Assembly: GCA_000320545.1 (NCBI GenBank)
Contig: ADNK01001083.1
Location: 1 to 64,000, forward strand
Direction of reading: 5' to 3'
DNA from: Bigelowiella natans CCMP2755
Taxonomy: Eukaryota > Protista > Cercozoa
DNA length: 64,000 nt
The notes beneath the pieces were generated by a model. It had not been told where the DNA came from and ran no database searches. It saw nothing but the letters and a program-made list of their open reading frames with translations. A program made the position numbers and the translations under genes. Below, one piece after another: positions 41,812-54,191 of the stretch; position 1 is the stretch's first letter; every line of letters starts with the position of its first letter.

Positions 41812-43080
41812 CAATGAACAACGAACAAAGCGTTGATCAAACCTGCGTTGTTGGAGTGCTTTGCACTCAGCGCGCGAAGTGCTTGCTTGCAGCAGCCAGC
41901 GCCAACAGCAGAGAGATCTGCGGGCGTTTGCAGGCTGCGACAAGCACGCAGCAAGAGGCTGCGAGTGCAGGCGAGTTCTGTGCCTGCGACAAGCGTGTCG
42001 CAGCGCATCGCTGCTGCATGCGCTTCCTTTGTGCCAACAAAGGAAGTGAGCCTGACTGCATGCCTCGCCACATCGCTGCAGCACAAGTTGGTTTCAGGTG
42101 ATTTCGCCTGATGAACGTTGACTTGATGTCGTGCACGTGCAAAAGGTCAAGACATCAACACAAAATCGAGGCAGCCGCTTGTGCAGCTGTCCTCCCAGCC
42201 TTCCTTCCTTCCTTCCCACCTCCACCTGGTCGTGCCACTGGCCTGCATTCTGCACCGCGCCGCCCCTTGCTTCTGACATGCGTGCGCCAGAACCACATGG
42301 GAGACAGGCATTTGCCTGCAGCAGAGCCTCAACAACACTCGCTGGCTCGTTGCAAGGACTTGTCAGCACCCTGGTGATGAGACACAAAAACCGGCCAGCC
42401 AACAACTCACCTGAGGCGCCAGAGCCGCATCAAGGGATGAAGTTGCCATGGCCACTGAAACTGGTGATCGAAGCCAGGTGTGATGGAGTCAGGAAGGAGG
42501 AGCTTGCGACGGCTGGACGGGCTAGCGGGGGGAAAACAGGTTGGCGAACAGCAGCAAAGTTGTCGAGCAGGACAATGGTTCGACGGAAAGCCCTGTCGAT
42601 TTCTTTGTCAGTCGAAGGAACACCAGGTCTGGCCCCCAGAGCAAGGCACAGCTTTTCGTGTGAAGTCATGGCCGAGAAGGCACGCAAAGCAATGATGTCG
42701 TCATTGGAGTCAGCTTGATGGCGAGAAAGAAAGTGTCGAACCCTGTTCCAAAAACGTTCTCCAACGTCTGGTGTTCCTTGACAGGAGAACAGAAGACGTT
42801 GCAGAGACGTGTCTTCGTGAAAATCACACAAGGAACACCATCCCTCGTGAGGCTCCAAAGCGAAGAATCTGGCCGTGTTGTGACGCCACCAGAGGGCACC
42901 ACAGCGGGCTTGAAGTTTGAGGGACACACCACGTCCATCATTCCATTCATCAAGATGCTTGGGGCAGCAAAGATGGCCTTGTTCACCAACTTCCCCGGAG
43001 CTCCATGCACGAGAAATGGAAATCGGCTCCCATGAGCGAACCTCCACAAGGTGCTGGAGAGATTGCGTTCTGTTCACCTG
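41812..43080 (-). mobile_element. Degenerate 3' fragment of a non-LTR (LINE-like) retrotransposon
   Basis: Minus ORF 42430-43092 has KLQARCGALWWRHNTARF...WCSLCDFHEDTSLQRLLFSC, like the ORF2 C-terminal CxxC...(H)xxxxC knuckle region. It is intronless and ends in a short tandem tail near 41812-41830. No RT or endonuclease domain present. Confidence 0.6.
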
Positions 43081-43382
43081 GGAACTTGACACGGAACTCG
43101 GAACTCCGTGTCAAGTTCCTGCTTCTGAACGACAAAAACTTCCTTTTCTGGTTTCCAAAAAAACGATTTGGAAGTCGGGAATTTGACACTTTTTTTCAGG
43201 CAAAATCAAGTTTGCTGCCGACTCAAACAAGTTTTTTTTTCCAGGTGACACGTCGGATGAGATGCAAGGAGGCCAAGTTGTTTTTGCCGTCTCAAAAGTG
43301 TTGACTTCCATGAATTTCAGGAATTCCACCAGGAAACTTCAAGGGGTTCTGCAGGAATTTGGCACGCACCAAGTTCCGGAAC
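43081..43382. mobile_element. ~300 bp hairpin-bounded non-coding insert (MITE/Helitron-like candidate)
   Basis: Perfect 15-bp inverted repeat GGAACTTGACACGGA (43081-43095) / TCCGTGTCAAGTTCC (43105-43119). Related imperfect hairpin GGAATTTGG-n6-CCAAGTTCC at 43354-43377. Confidence 0.35.
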
Positions 43383-43400
43383 CAAGTCTCTTGTGTCCAC

Positions 43401-43480
43401 TGAACAATGAACAATGAACAATGAAGAAAGCGTTGATCAAAACTGCATGCGCCAGAACCACATGGGAGACAGGCATTTGC
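43401..43480 (-). mobile_element. Second, very short copy of the retroelement 3' end
   Basis: GCCAGAACCACATGGGAGACAGGCATTTGC is identical at ~42286-42315 and 43451-43480. AAAGCGTTGATCAAA plus a TGAACAA-type tail occurs at both ~41812-41841 and 43401-43441. Confidence 0.65.
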
Positions 43481-43835
43481 ACTGCCTCAATGATTCGGCC
43501 GAAGAAGAAGAAGGCGCTGGCTCTCCATCAAAGACCGGAATTTCGCCCAATTCAATTGTTCGCTTTGCTCGTCGGAAAAATGCAGGCGAAGATCTAGACA
43601 TTTTTTCATGTAGACATCCGATCGTACTGTTAGAAAATGTCCATGCAGATGTCGTTCGTTTTGTTAGATCTGCATTTTCCTTTTTTTTGTGATCTAGATC
43701 TAATGGTAAGGGTAGCGACGATGTCATTAGGACTAGTTTTTACCGATAATAGCAGGAAAGCCCTACATTATTAGCAAAGTGACTACCAACAACAACACAT
43801 GTTAACTTGACATCTCTAATAATAGACCAAGCATC

Positions 43836-44136
43836 ATGGATGCAAGCATGTTCTTCGACTACGGAAAGCCCTTCATCTGCGGCCAGCAGACACCTTCCTG
43901 GAGGCCAACGCTGAAGCCATGGGTGTATTTCGTTCTTGACATTGCATTCACTCTCGGGTTTGGAGTTCTAGCGATTGCGACCCTCTCGTCCACAGCATAT
44001 GTAATCATTCCGTTACTCTCTCTGGGGAGCTCGCGTTCTGAGATACCCCCCTTTCGTTGAATAGACTACGACTATGCTCCTTCTACTTTGCCACACCGTT
44101 CTGATGATCATTACGGATTATGGCACTAAGGTGAGA

Positions 44137-44176
<40 letters not shown>

Positions 44177-44687
44177 GAGAGAGAGGCATTGTGACGTTTA
44201 TGATGTGGGCAAGCAGTATTTGTTTTCCTCGTTTCTGTTGGTAATCACCTCCTGATACCTCAATTTTTATTCAGGGCTTTAATCTTGCAATCACACCAAC
44301 GCATTGGATGGCTGTGTGAGTGTGATACTTTCGTCTAGCATCCACACGATTTGCATGACCTATGTGGACACATATCCTCCTGACCTTTGGCAAATGTGCT
44401 CATTGCAACCATTTTACACAGCTTCGATATCATCTTCGTTGCCTGGCTGGTTCTTGGTCCATTCACAACTCAGGGTGGAATGAATTTAGCCTAACCCATA
44501 TATGCTGAAAATTCTTGGCCACCTTCCGGGAATGCTAAACCTTTCTATGCTTCAACCAACAGGATTCACCCCTCTCTCTGCCAAATTGTTCGTCGCTGGA
44601 GGTGCTCTTGGGTTAATGATCACAGGTGGATTGACCGATCCATTTGCTTCGTCATACCAACCTAAACGCAAACCTTTATTCTCGTAG
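43836..44687 (+). CDS. Small multi-pass membrane protein (4 exons), weakly SPW-repeat-like
   Basis: Spliced: ...PWVYFVLDIAFTLGFGVLAIATL...LMIITDYGTKGFNLAITPTHWMAVFDIIFVAWLVLGPF...LFVAGGALGLMITGGLTDP...*. The family resemblance is from memory only. Confidence 0.65.
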
Positions 44688-45247
44688 AGTAGAATATCGT
44701 TCATTACGTTATTGTACGACACGATACGATCGACTAATGTCGTTTGCATTTTGTAGATAAATACTTGTACGTGTTCATAGCATAGCATTATATAGTATAT
44801 ATACACTGTAGGCGTGATGTTACCCCCTATCTAGCTATGCGTGCGCTACGTGGAATTATTGCGGCATTAACATGCATGTATCTAGAGATGCAAATAGCTG
44901 TTAGAAAGCAGTTTGCAACCATCGCATGCGAGCACGCTAGATATATTTATGGTAATCCATCTAGTAGCATGTCACAGCCGCGTGCGCCTATTTTTGTTTG
45001 TGCAGCGCGACAAGTAGTTCAACATCTTGATCCGCACATATTAGTGGTGCCAATGAAGTGGCATGTGCATGCATGATTCAGCTAAACAAGGTTGGATGAT
45101 GCGATGAATAGATGGTGATCGACATTATTATCGATTCGTATACGTCCCATCGATAACATTTTTCATTCGCATAATTTCGCACTGCTAGTGCATTGTAGAG
45201 ATTATACATAACGCATTCGTCACGCACGTTTTATCGTTGATCTTACG

Positions 45248-45812
45248 CTAAGGCATGCTGAGACGACTGTTGAATGATGTAAACTTCGCCTTGCCACTCG
45301 ATTCCATCTCCCCTTCTTCGAGCCTATACCTTAAGCATTGTATACGGACATTTCTAAAGGCATGACGGGACTTCTACATATACACGTGTGATGCTTCATA
45401 TCAGCGAAAGTCATTGATGAAATAAGAAACGATAGCCCCTTAGTGTGTAATGTGCCTTGGCTTGTTACCTGTTCGACATGACCTGAATTGGGGACATACT
45501 ATGCCTTCCTTGCCTGTTTGATACAGTGTATTGTTGAATTTTTTAAATGATGGCGAAATGATGAAACTTTCAATAGATCACTGTCTTCGGTTAATTCAAA
45601 GCCGATCAGTGAAACATATTTTTTCTTTCTACTACCAAGCGCGAATGCCTTCGTCATCAACTAGTTGTGGGATATCCTGTCCTGGAATGTTTATCAAGGC
45701 CAGATCGCACTGCAAATACAAATGATTCCCCACGGGAGGGTAAGATTCATGTCATTTCAAAACACAGAAATGTGTCGAGTGCACTCGGTTATCCACTGTT
45801 TTTCCACCTACA

Positions 45813-45869
<57 letters not shown>

Positions 45870-47395
45870 GGGGGGGGGGCTAAAGTTGCAGTTATCATTT
45901 ATGAACCAGAAATGTTGTTTCAATATTGGAAAGGCCTCTAATCTTTGGTTTTGGGCTTGTGGTTCTGAAAGCAAGACAACCCATTAAGGCAACGAAATAT
46001 GCTGAGCATATATTACAGCGAGTTTAATTGTATATTTATTGTACACGCTTATGCATTTCCAATAAATGAATACTTCACTTTAAGCGTTCAGATGCTACCC
46101 TAGCTTCACAGCCGATATGGATTTTATTCCGGAACTTCGCTTCCTCCTAGGAGCAGATCTTGATCGGACTTCCGACTGAATACGTTCAAGTAGATAATTA
46201 GTAAAAGCTCACGACAAATGCAGGAGATGGATCCATACGTCGAAGGACTAGTTCTCTGAAAACTCTCCTCACATCTATAAATTATCTATTGATTTTTAAT
46301 TTCATCTCAAATTGATTGTCTGTTGTCTTAAGTTCCAGCTTTTAAAGCAATCGGAATAGCTTTGATATAGAATGACACGGTAGCAACAATGCCTTCGGGT
46401 TGTGCATCCTTCTTTTGACCCTATCAGCTGTTGATTGTGCTTTTACGTCAGACTTGTCTTCAACTACCTTCTTTCCATCCCCATTGGAGGCGTTTGCGTT
46501 GCTCTTTGCTATGCCTCCTCCCGAACCAGGCGGCGATCTTCGCGAAGATGTCCTATTCACCTGAAAAGAGTCGATGAAACCCGTCCTGTCATTCCATCAT
46601 GCATGTGCATGTGTACTTAGTACAGACGTTAATAAATATGAATTTGGCGTTCTGTGCTGCTACCTTCCCCATCGTGGGTAGCTTAAGTTGCTGCCAGCCC
46701 CTCATAATTTTGCTCCTGAAAGAAGTCGATTCACATTCAGCCTAGATTAGCTAGTGATGTGCGTGCATTGTAAATGTGAAAACGAGTGGTATCGAAGTAG
46801 CCAAAGATCCAAATGTGATGAATTTTTGATGCGTATGATTCCATACGCATGGGCATTGTAGGAAACATTTGCTGTGTGTAGCACATGATTCACATACGTT
46901 TCTCGATTATGACTAGCCTTCCCAGATGACACCTAATCAGACAAATTCGCACGACACAACCCAAAACTTGTGATGAAGAACCACACGCACACATACACAC
47001 ACATCGGTACATCTAGAACTAAATCATGTGCCTATTAACACATGCATATTTGTAAACAACACACGCACATGCATTCTTAGTAATATTGCCGACTATGCTA
47101 TGACTTACCCTATGCTCATCTAATGAATCTGGAGGAGTATCATCCATCTGTCGTGATCCTCTAGATTTCGACTGTTTGACATTGGACGGTGTCCGCATGC
47201 ACAGAGAGATTAGTGGCAGACAGAAATAAGGAGCAGAGGATAGGAGAGGATAGATCTTAGACACGTCACCCAACGGACGCACACTCTCACACTCTCACAC
47301 ATTTACAAAGCAACACAAAAAAACAAAGAACAACCGGGATTGAATGAGTTCCTCTCTCGGAAGCCACTGGAGAGGAGGAATCACCAGCCTACACG

Positions 47396-47474
<79 letters not shown>

Positions 47475-47541
47475 TCAAGCATCAAAATTGTGGAGGTGGA
47501 TATATCAGCAGATTGAATGATATAACACGAGGATACACACA

Positions 47542-47581
<40 letters not shown>

Positions 47582-48001
47582 CTTAATCACGCAATTGTAA
47601 TAACACAATTACACACCGCTACAGTACGAAAACTGGGCCACATACCACTACATACGGATTCAACGTTGAGGAATTTCTCCGCCATGCTTGAAATCTATAA
47701 ATTATTCGGTGGGTTGGCGCAATTAGACAAGATGAAAGGTGCTCGAACGCACACAATAGCAATTTGCACTTTGATTCTTCACGTTGACCGTGATTCAGCC
47801 TGTGTCGGCGATGGTCCAGGGCCGCTTGAGCTGATATTTAGAGAATAAAATATATATCCGCATGCCTTCCTCAGGGGAACTTGACGCTCTACATTCTAGT
47901 TTCCATGGATGATTAAGTGGCTCTATCACTAACAGCTGACACGTCGACTAGTACAATCGTTGTCTTATTTACTTGCTCGGTGATGAGGAGCATGGCACCA
48001 T
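45248..48001 (-). CDS. Multi-exon hypothetical Ser/Arg/Lys-rich, probably disordered protein
   Basis: GT/GC-AG exons SKSRGSRQMDDTPPDSLDEHR, VNRTSSRRSPPGSGGG...HNPK, SEVRSRSAPRRKRSSG, CDLALINIPGQDIPQLVDDEGIRA, YRLEEGEMESSGKAKF...MP*. Start tentative. Confidence 0.5.
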
Positions 48002-48788
48002 CTTCCCCAGCCTACAATCGCGCTGATCCCTGCTGATCATTTTCCACGAAGATCAACTCGGAACTTACACACGTGTTGACTTAAGACTTAGTACGACGTT
48101 CTCGGCAGCATAAATGACCAGTTAAATAGTTTGCGTCTTGGAATCACATGTAAAGTAATTCAAAATAGACTGTATTTTTAGAGAGTTATCCCATTTCCTT
48201 GTGGGGGCTCGAAACGAAGGCTTGACGTTACAGAATCGGCCGATGGCACATGCAAGTTGTTGCAACGGTTGTTGCTTACATTTCGTACAGTTAACGCTAT
48301 AAGAGTACATTGTACACTGGCTGTATACCTAAAAAAAATAGTCTGGTCATAAGCGTGCTGAATAGACCAAATTTGCTTAGATATAATCCGGTAGCTTCTA
48401 TTCCGAAAATAGTTGGATAGTTGGTGATCCAGAACGCACGTACCAAAACGACTCAATATTCCCACTTGCGACATGAAATATTCTTGTCGTAAAGCAATAA
48501 ATACCATTAATTTCGTAGGAAATTGGACCCACCATACCTGTAACGGATTCCTTCTGAGCCCGACGTCCACCCCCGTCCGGAACTCTCCAGGGCAACGTTT
48601 GGGGTTAGGAGGATCTGGTCGCGTGTGCTTGCCTGATGTCTGTTCTTGTCCTATTTCTCTGTTTGTTTCGCCTGCTTGTTGTAACGCTCAGTTCGCTTGA
48701 CGCTCACATGCAAGTTGTCATATCTTAATCAGCGCCTCGTGCAGCCAGACACCAGCAAGGAAGAGGGGGTAGAGACTGAGCGTGGAAG

Positions 48789-49180
48789 ATGTTTAATAGC
48801 TACTCGGTACAATTGGAGAAAAAGTGCATACATGGAAAAATAATGAATATATACACATACATGAATACATGGTTTAATTTTTGAAGTACAACTATTTGAG
48901 TGTGTTATTAATGTGTTGCTTGCTGTTCGATTAAAGGTGGAAGGGATATACCATTTCCTCTACTTAGAGCCGAAAACAACTCAAAGGTTTCGTAAGATCT
49001 CCGAGCTTGAGGTAATACACGCTCCCATGGAATTCCTAAACTCTTGAGATGATAAATTCGCATATTCTTCTATATGACATCGAAATCTTAAAACATCAGA
49101 TCGCTATTCCAGATACGGTTATATATTCAAGAGGCCAGCCTATAGCTTGGTATTCAAAGGAAGAGGTACTAGCTTGATAT

Positions 49181-49228
<48 letters not shown>

Positions 49229-49520
49229 CGTGCTCAAGTCTGTGCGTGTTGTGTGTATGCCTTTAGTTTAAGCCATCGAATAAAATCGGGCGCATTAACG
49301 CATGAGAGCTCATATATTTAGCTGTGCATGAATGCCAAGCAATAAATACGCTTTGAAAAAATGTATAACATAGCTTGGCGGAATCAAGAAGGTGCCTCTC
49401 CCTGAAATAACAGTGAAAAAAGTGCTTAAGGTATGGTGTACCCGTGCACTTAGAAGATGTGTAGCTTGCCTTTTGTTGATAAACCTCGTGCATTCTTCGG
49501 ATAATGTATATGAGAAGAGA

Positions 49521-49573
<53 letters not shown>

Positions 49574-49749
49574 GTAAGAGCAATCTGCGTAGTTCGTATG
49601 AGTAACATGCTTGTTAATTCCGACTCCGTAGGAATTTGTTCCCCATGGGATTAAAGGACGGTAAATATTAACAATATTAACTACTGCCATTTTGTAACTC
49701 ACATTCATGCAGATAGGCCGCTCTTTTCTCTCCACTTCCTCTCTCTCTG

Positions 49750-49784
<35 letters not shown>

Positions 49785-50127
49785 CATAGGCGTTTGGAAA
49801 CTCATGTCGCGGCAATTTTTCAACGGTTGGGCTGCAAGGAATCATGAATAATGGGAAATCCTGTTTTCTTTGCTAGTATAACAACTACTAGTAGTCGTAG
49901 TACGCATAGAAACAAGAGCACGTGTCAGATTAACACAAAATCACACAATTAACACACACATATTTGTGTCCATGCGATGCGAACATCACGTTGTATGTAC
50001 GTATGTGCTACCTGGTAGCAACATTGTGGCGACTAAATTCATGCCAGGATCTGAATTTTCCTATTTTTCTTGAGAGTTTCGTCTATGTGCTAGATTGCCA
50101 CATACATGTATGTGAAATTTAATATCA

Positions 50128-50169
<42 letters not shown>

Positions 50170-51704
50170 TCAAAGCCTGAGGACGAAGGATACAATCGCT
50201 TAATTCCTCACTCGCCGGTAGAATTTCTCACGTATTCCGAGCTTCAGGTAGCACTATAAATCAATCACTGTGTAAAGTATGCTGCTGCGAGGTGATTGCC
50301 CACTTCTACGGCGAGTATGCTGCAAACAAATCTGCAACGAAAACATCCTCTAAATAAAAACAATTATTCTTTGCTTCATCTTGATACTATTTGGGTACTA
50401 TTCCTCGATGTTGGAAGGCCTCGCATTTGTGGTCTTTTCCTCTCGCATGGCCACGTTTTTCCCTTCTCGCATCTGCCGATATCGCAGTTAGCGGTGTACA
50501 TAAACGCAATAAATTCCGATGGGTTGTTGTTCTCAACTTTGTGCGTCGTAGGAGCTACTCAAAGATCCAGAAACGAGAGGCGAATTAAACGGCATTTTGC
50601 AGCGATTCATGTGAGCAGCTAGCTACTACGCAGTTTGTCTAAAGAAAATTCGATAAAAACACACATGACATAGTAATCTTTCCTTTGGAAAATCTATATA
50701 TTTACTTTTGATGTGTGCATATTTGTATATTTGGTGATGTGTGTGGTGTGTGTTTGTTATTTGTGTGGTATTGGCCGTATTATAGCTATTCACCATCTCC
50801 CGGAAACGAGACAATGCGAGTGACGTGGGGATCCAAAGGAGTCAAGGCATGGCGTCGTCTTTTTACACAACAATTCTACTATTATTTAGATCGTATATGT
50901 ACATGTATATGCTTTAAATTTCATCATTCGCACCGATAACGAGGCGTGTTGTTTACATGCTTGCTGGCGTCGTATAGTTCGCATTCACGTGTCCATAGGT
51001 AAATTTGTACAGGACTTACTATTCCCTTGCCTTTGACGTTCCTTTGCTTGTGGTTATAGATTGAACGGCGTCGATGTCTGAGGGATATGGATTCGTTCCA
51101 CACGAACTACGATAAGTAAGGACTTCCAATCGACCAAAACACATTCCAGAGCATAAAGCCGAATCTAGCTCGTAGCAGTGACTAATAGTCGGATTCGAAA
51201 GTAAAAGTTTTTTTTGGAAAAATTGCAGGGTTAAACGGGTTTGTGTTTGTATGCAACTGCCGCTTGTTTAGATGCGTCACGTATGAAGGGCCTCTCAATC
51301 ATCAGCAATATGACACCCGGAACATCACCATGACAAAGAGCAGGTTGGAAGTGGTGGTGTTTGATGATGATGATGATGATGATGCCGATGCCGCTCGAAT
51401 GTAAACAAATTTGGAGAAAGAATACTCTCTGCACTCTCTGTTAAACTACCCCATGATTCTCGAGATGTATAACAGTTACGAGCTGTTATTAAGCATGTGA
51501 CTACACTATTCAAATATATTCCTTTCTATCAATCTACACCAAGGATAGAGGAGGAGGGGGGGGGGGGGGGGGTGGAAAGAAAGCTAAATGACATGTTGTT
51601 CGTGGACAGTGTTGTCAGCATTCTTCAGACCGCAGCACTGGATTTCGTGCGGCATATATCCCAGGTCGGTTATTATTTACCTGTTTTGTAGAGCAAGAGA
51701 GAGG

Positions 51705-51739
<35 letters not shown>

Positions 51740-52507
51740 GACTTTTTTTTCTTAATCTCATTTCTTCTTCTATCTTAACATAATTTACCCACAAAAAAAC
51801 GCCCAAAAGGTCTCTCGTGGAAGTGGAACACGCTTGAAACGATTAGTACTGCATTTCAAGGTAAATCTATTGGCGCTACGTGTGGCGGTGTATTACGAGT
51901 TTTTTTACGCTGCTTGCACTTTCTCAATTAATTCTTAAAATTCTTTGCAAAGAAGCGAAACCGGACTCTATACTTCCTTTGGTGCTCAAGTATGGAGGTT
52001 TGAGTCGATATTCATCTCACCTGATAATAACCACTCACATACAAGGGAATAGCTTTATGCTTCAAACCGCACTTCTTTGCCGTTTTCTGAGAGGAGAGCA
52101 GCAACCTGATCTATGTTAGTCATTCCATTGCCTTGTGTTTCAAATAATGCTCAGATGGACATAGAGGAGCTCACAAGCGACGGGCGAGGCGGCACGTAAT
52201 TTAATTTTGAAATGCATATCAAATACGTGAGCCAATGTGTGGATGCATGCGTGTGCGTGTATGTGTTTTGGGGGGAGGAGAGGTAGGGGAGTTATGATAG
52301 TTTCTTTTTTATTTTGACATTTCTAAGCTGGTTTCAAAAAATTGATAAAATCGTGGTAGCATTGAGAATATACGACGTTTTCGGAAGCTTTCTGCTGGTT
52401 CTGGACCTGCAACGTTATCGGTACTAAAGAAGAGAGGCAATATCTCCTTCATCTGTACATCTTGAATGTACACATATAATTGTAAATTACATGTGTGTTA
52501 ATATGTG

Positions 52508-52548
<41 letters not shown>

Positions 52549-53119
52549 CTTATTATATGCATTTTAGAATACTTCAATGAAAGGATCCAGGAGGAATCTG
52601 CTCAAAAAGGACACCTCAAAGTGTGTGACCTGCTGGCGTTCAATGAATATTTTGCCTTTAAGTTTGGGGGGAGGGTTGATTAGAACTTACGCTTCCAAAA
52701 TCACTCTAGATAGAATACTATGTTTCATGGAATAAGCCCCACCGACGGCGTGCGTCCTGTGATGTGCGGATATTTGGGGGGGGGGGGTAGCCATCGTTGA
52801 AAACAAAGGGATTGTTCGTCATTACATTGATATGTTCTCAAAATTTGCTTCCAAACTCGTATCGAAGACAAATAAACCCTCCTCTTTTCCTACCCTTTCT
52901 TTCCCCTCCCGCCATCTCTTCACATTGGCTCGTTGTTCCTTCTATTTCGACTGTGGCTTCATTGCTAAAGCGTTGGCCCGATATCGCAATTTTCCGTCCT
53001 CAAGCGAATCAACTCTATGGCAGCCTTTAAAGTCGAGCAGGTAGAGCCAAATATCGAGAGAATTAGAAATGAGCATCTTGTTTACGGCCTATTCTTCAAC
53101 AGCCCAAACGAATGTGTTA

Positions 53120-53158
<39 letters not shown>

Positions 53159-53324
53159 TGTGTGTGCTGTTCAAACGAGTTTCAAGCATATGTTTTGCAA
53201 ATGGTAATTATGATAATTCTGATTAGAACCTTCCGTCATCGCTTACCGGAGTAGTGAAGGTAGCGACTAAACCAGAGTTTATTCAAAGACTGTTTTACGT
53301 TGTTGTTCTTGATATAGTGAGCAC

Positions 53325-53365
<41 letters not shown>

Positions 53366-53841
53366 GCACACTCATTATGCAAACATAGAGATGTCCTGAA
53401 AAATGCTACGATATATGAGATGTTCGCTCCCCCCCCCTCTCAGACGAAGAAAGTATTCCGTTGTCCGAACTGCAAGCGAAAGGTCTTGATCTGAATGCAA
53501 TGCCTGCACACGATATATCAACTTCACCTCTTCTATACACTTCAAATTTTTCATACAATCCAAGATCCCGGGACGAGAATGTTTGCGAGTTGAACCATAA
53601 CACAATATGCATACCTATAGATAAATCTAAAAGCTCCCAGATTCAGAGTCAGAGTCGAATCGGTACTACTTCAATTATTATCGCAGAGTGTATACGAGGA
53701 AGAGAAGAGTTAGACAATACGCATGCCGTGTTCTCAGGTCCTGCACAAGCACGTTGTCGCGCCGCTGCAGAGGAAATGGGCTAAAAGTCTTGTCGTAGAC
53801 GTAAATCCGCACTTACTCTACGTGTTCTTACCATGTGCTAT

Positions 53842-53909
<68 letters not shown>

Positions 53910-54018
53910 ATATATTCAAATGTCGAATAAATGCATCGCTATGATGTATTATCTTTAGGAAAAAATACGGGTTCGTGCACCTCTGCTTGTACGCGTGGAC
54001 GATGTGTTAATCTCTCGT

Positions 54019-54065
<47 letters not shown>

Positions 54066-54157
54066 ATAAAATCTGTTTCCCTGCGTATCACATAGCACTC
54101 CGCCAAACATGCCTATAATCTCACCCAATCTCTCCTACTTACACTCTCTGCAAGCAT

Positions 54158-54191
<34 letters not shown>

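Larger units (their letters stand above)
40674..43610. other. TpA-depleted (putatively hypermutated) domain
   Basis: By-eye count: six TA dinucleotides in 2937 bp (40689, 40746, 41031, 41309, 42523, 43595), all inside CTAG. TA density returns to normal from 43611. Confidence 0.92.

Noticed and set aside
40671-42405. Dense overlapping Cys/His/Ala-rich ORFs
   Set aside because: A consequence of missing TAA/TAG stops in the TA-depleted domain; no recognisable protein motifs.
48730-48806. GRCLIATR, resembling a SET-domain start
   Set aside because: No other SET motifs follow; a different frame (MFNSYS) splices in frame into the next exons.
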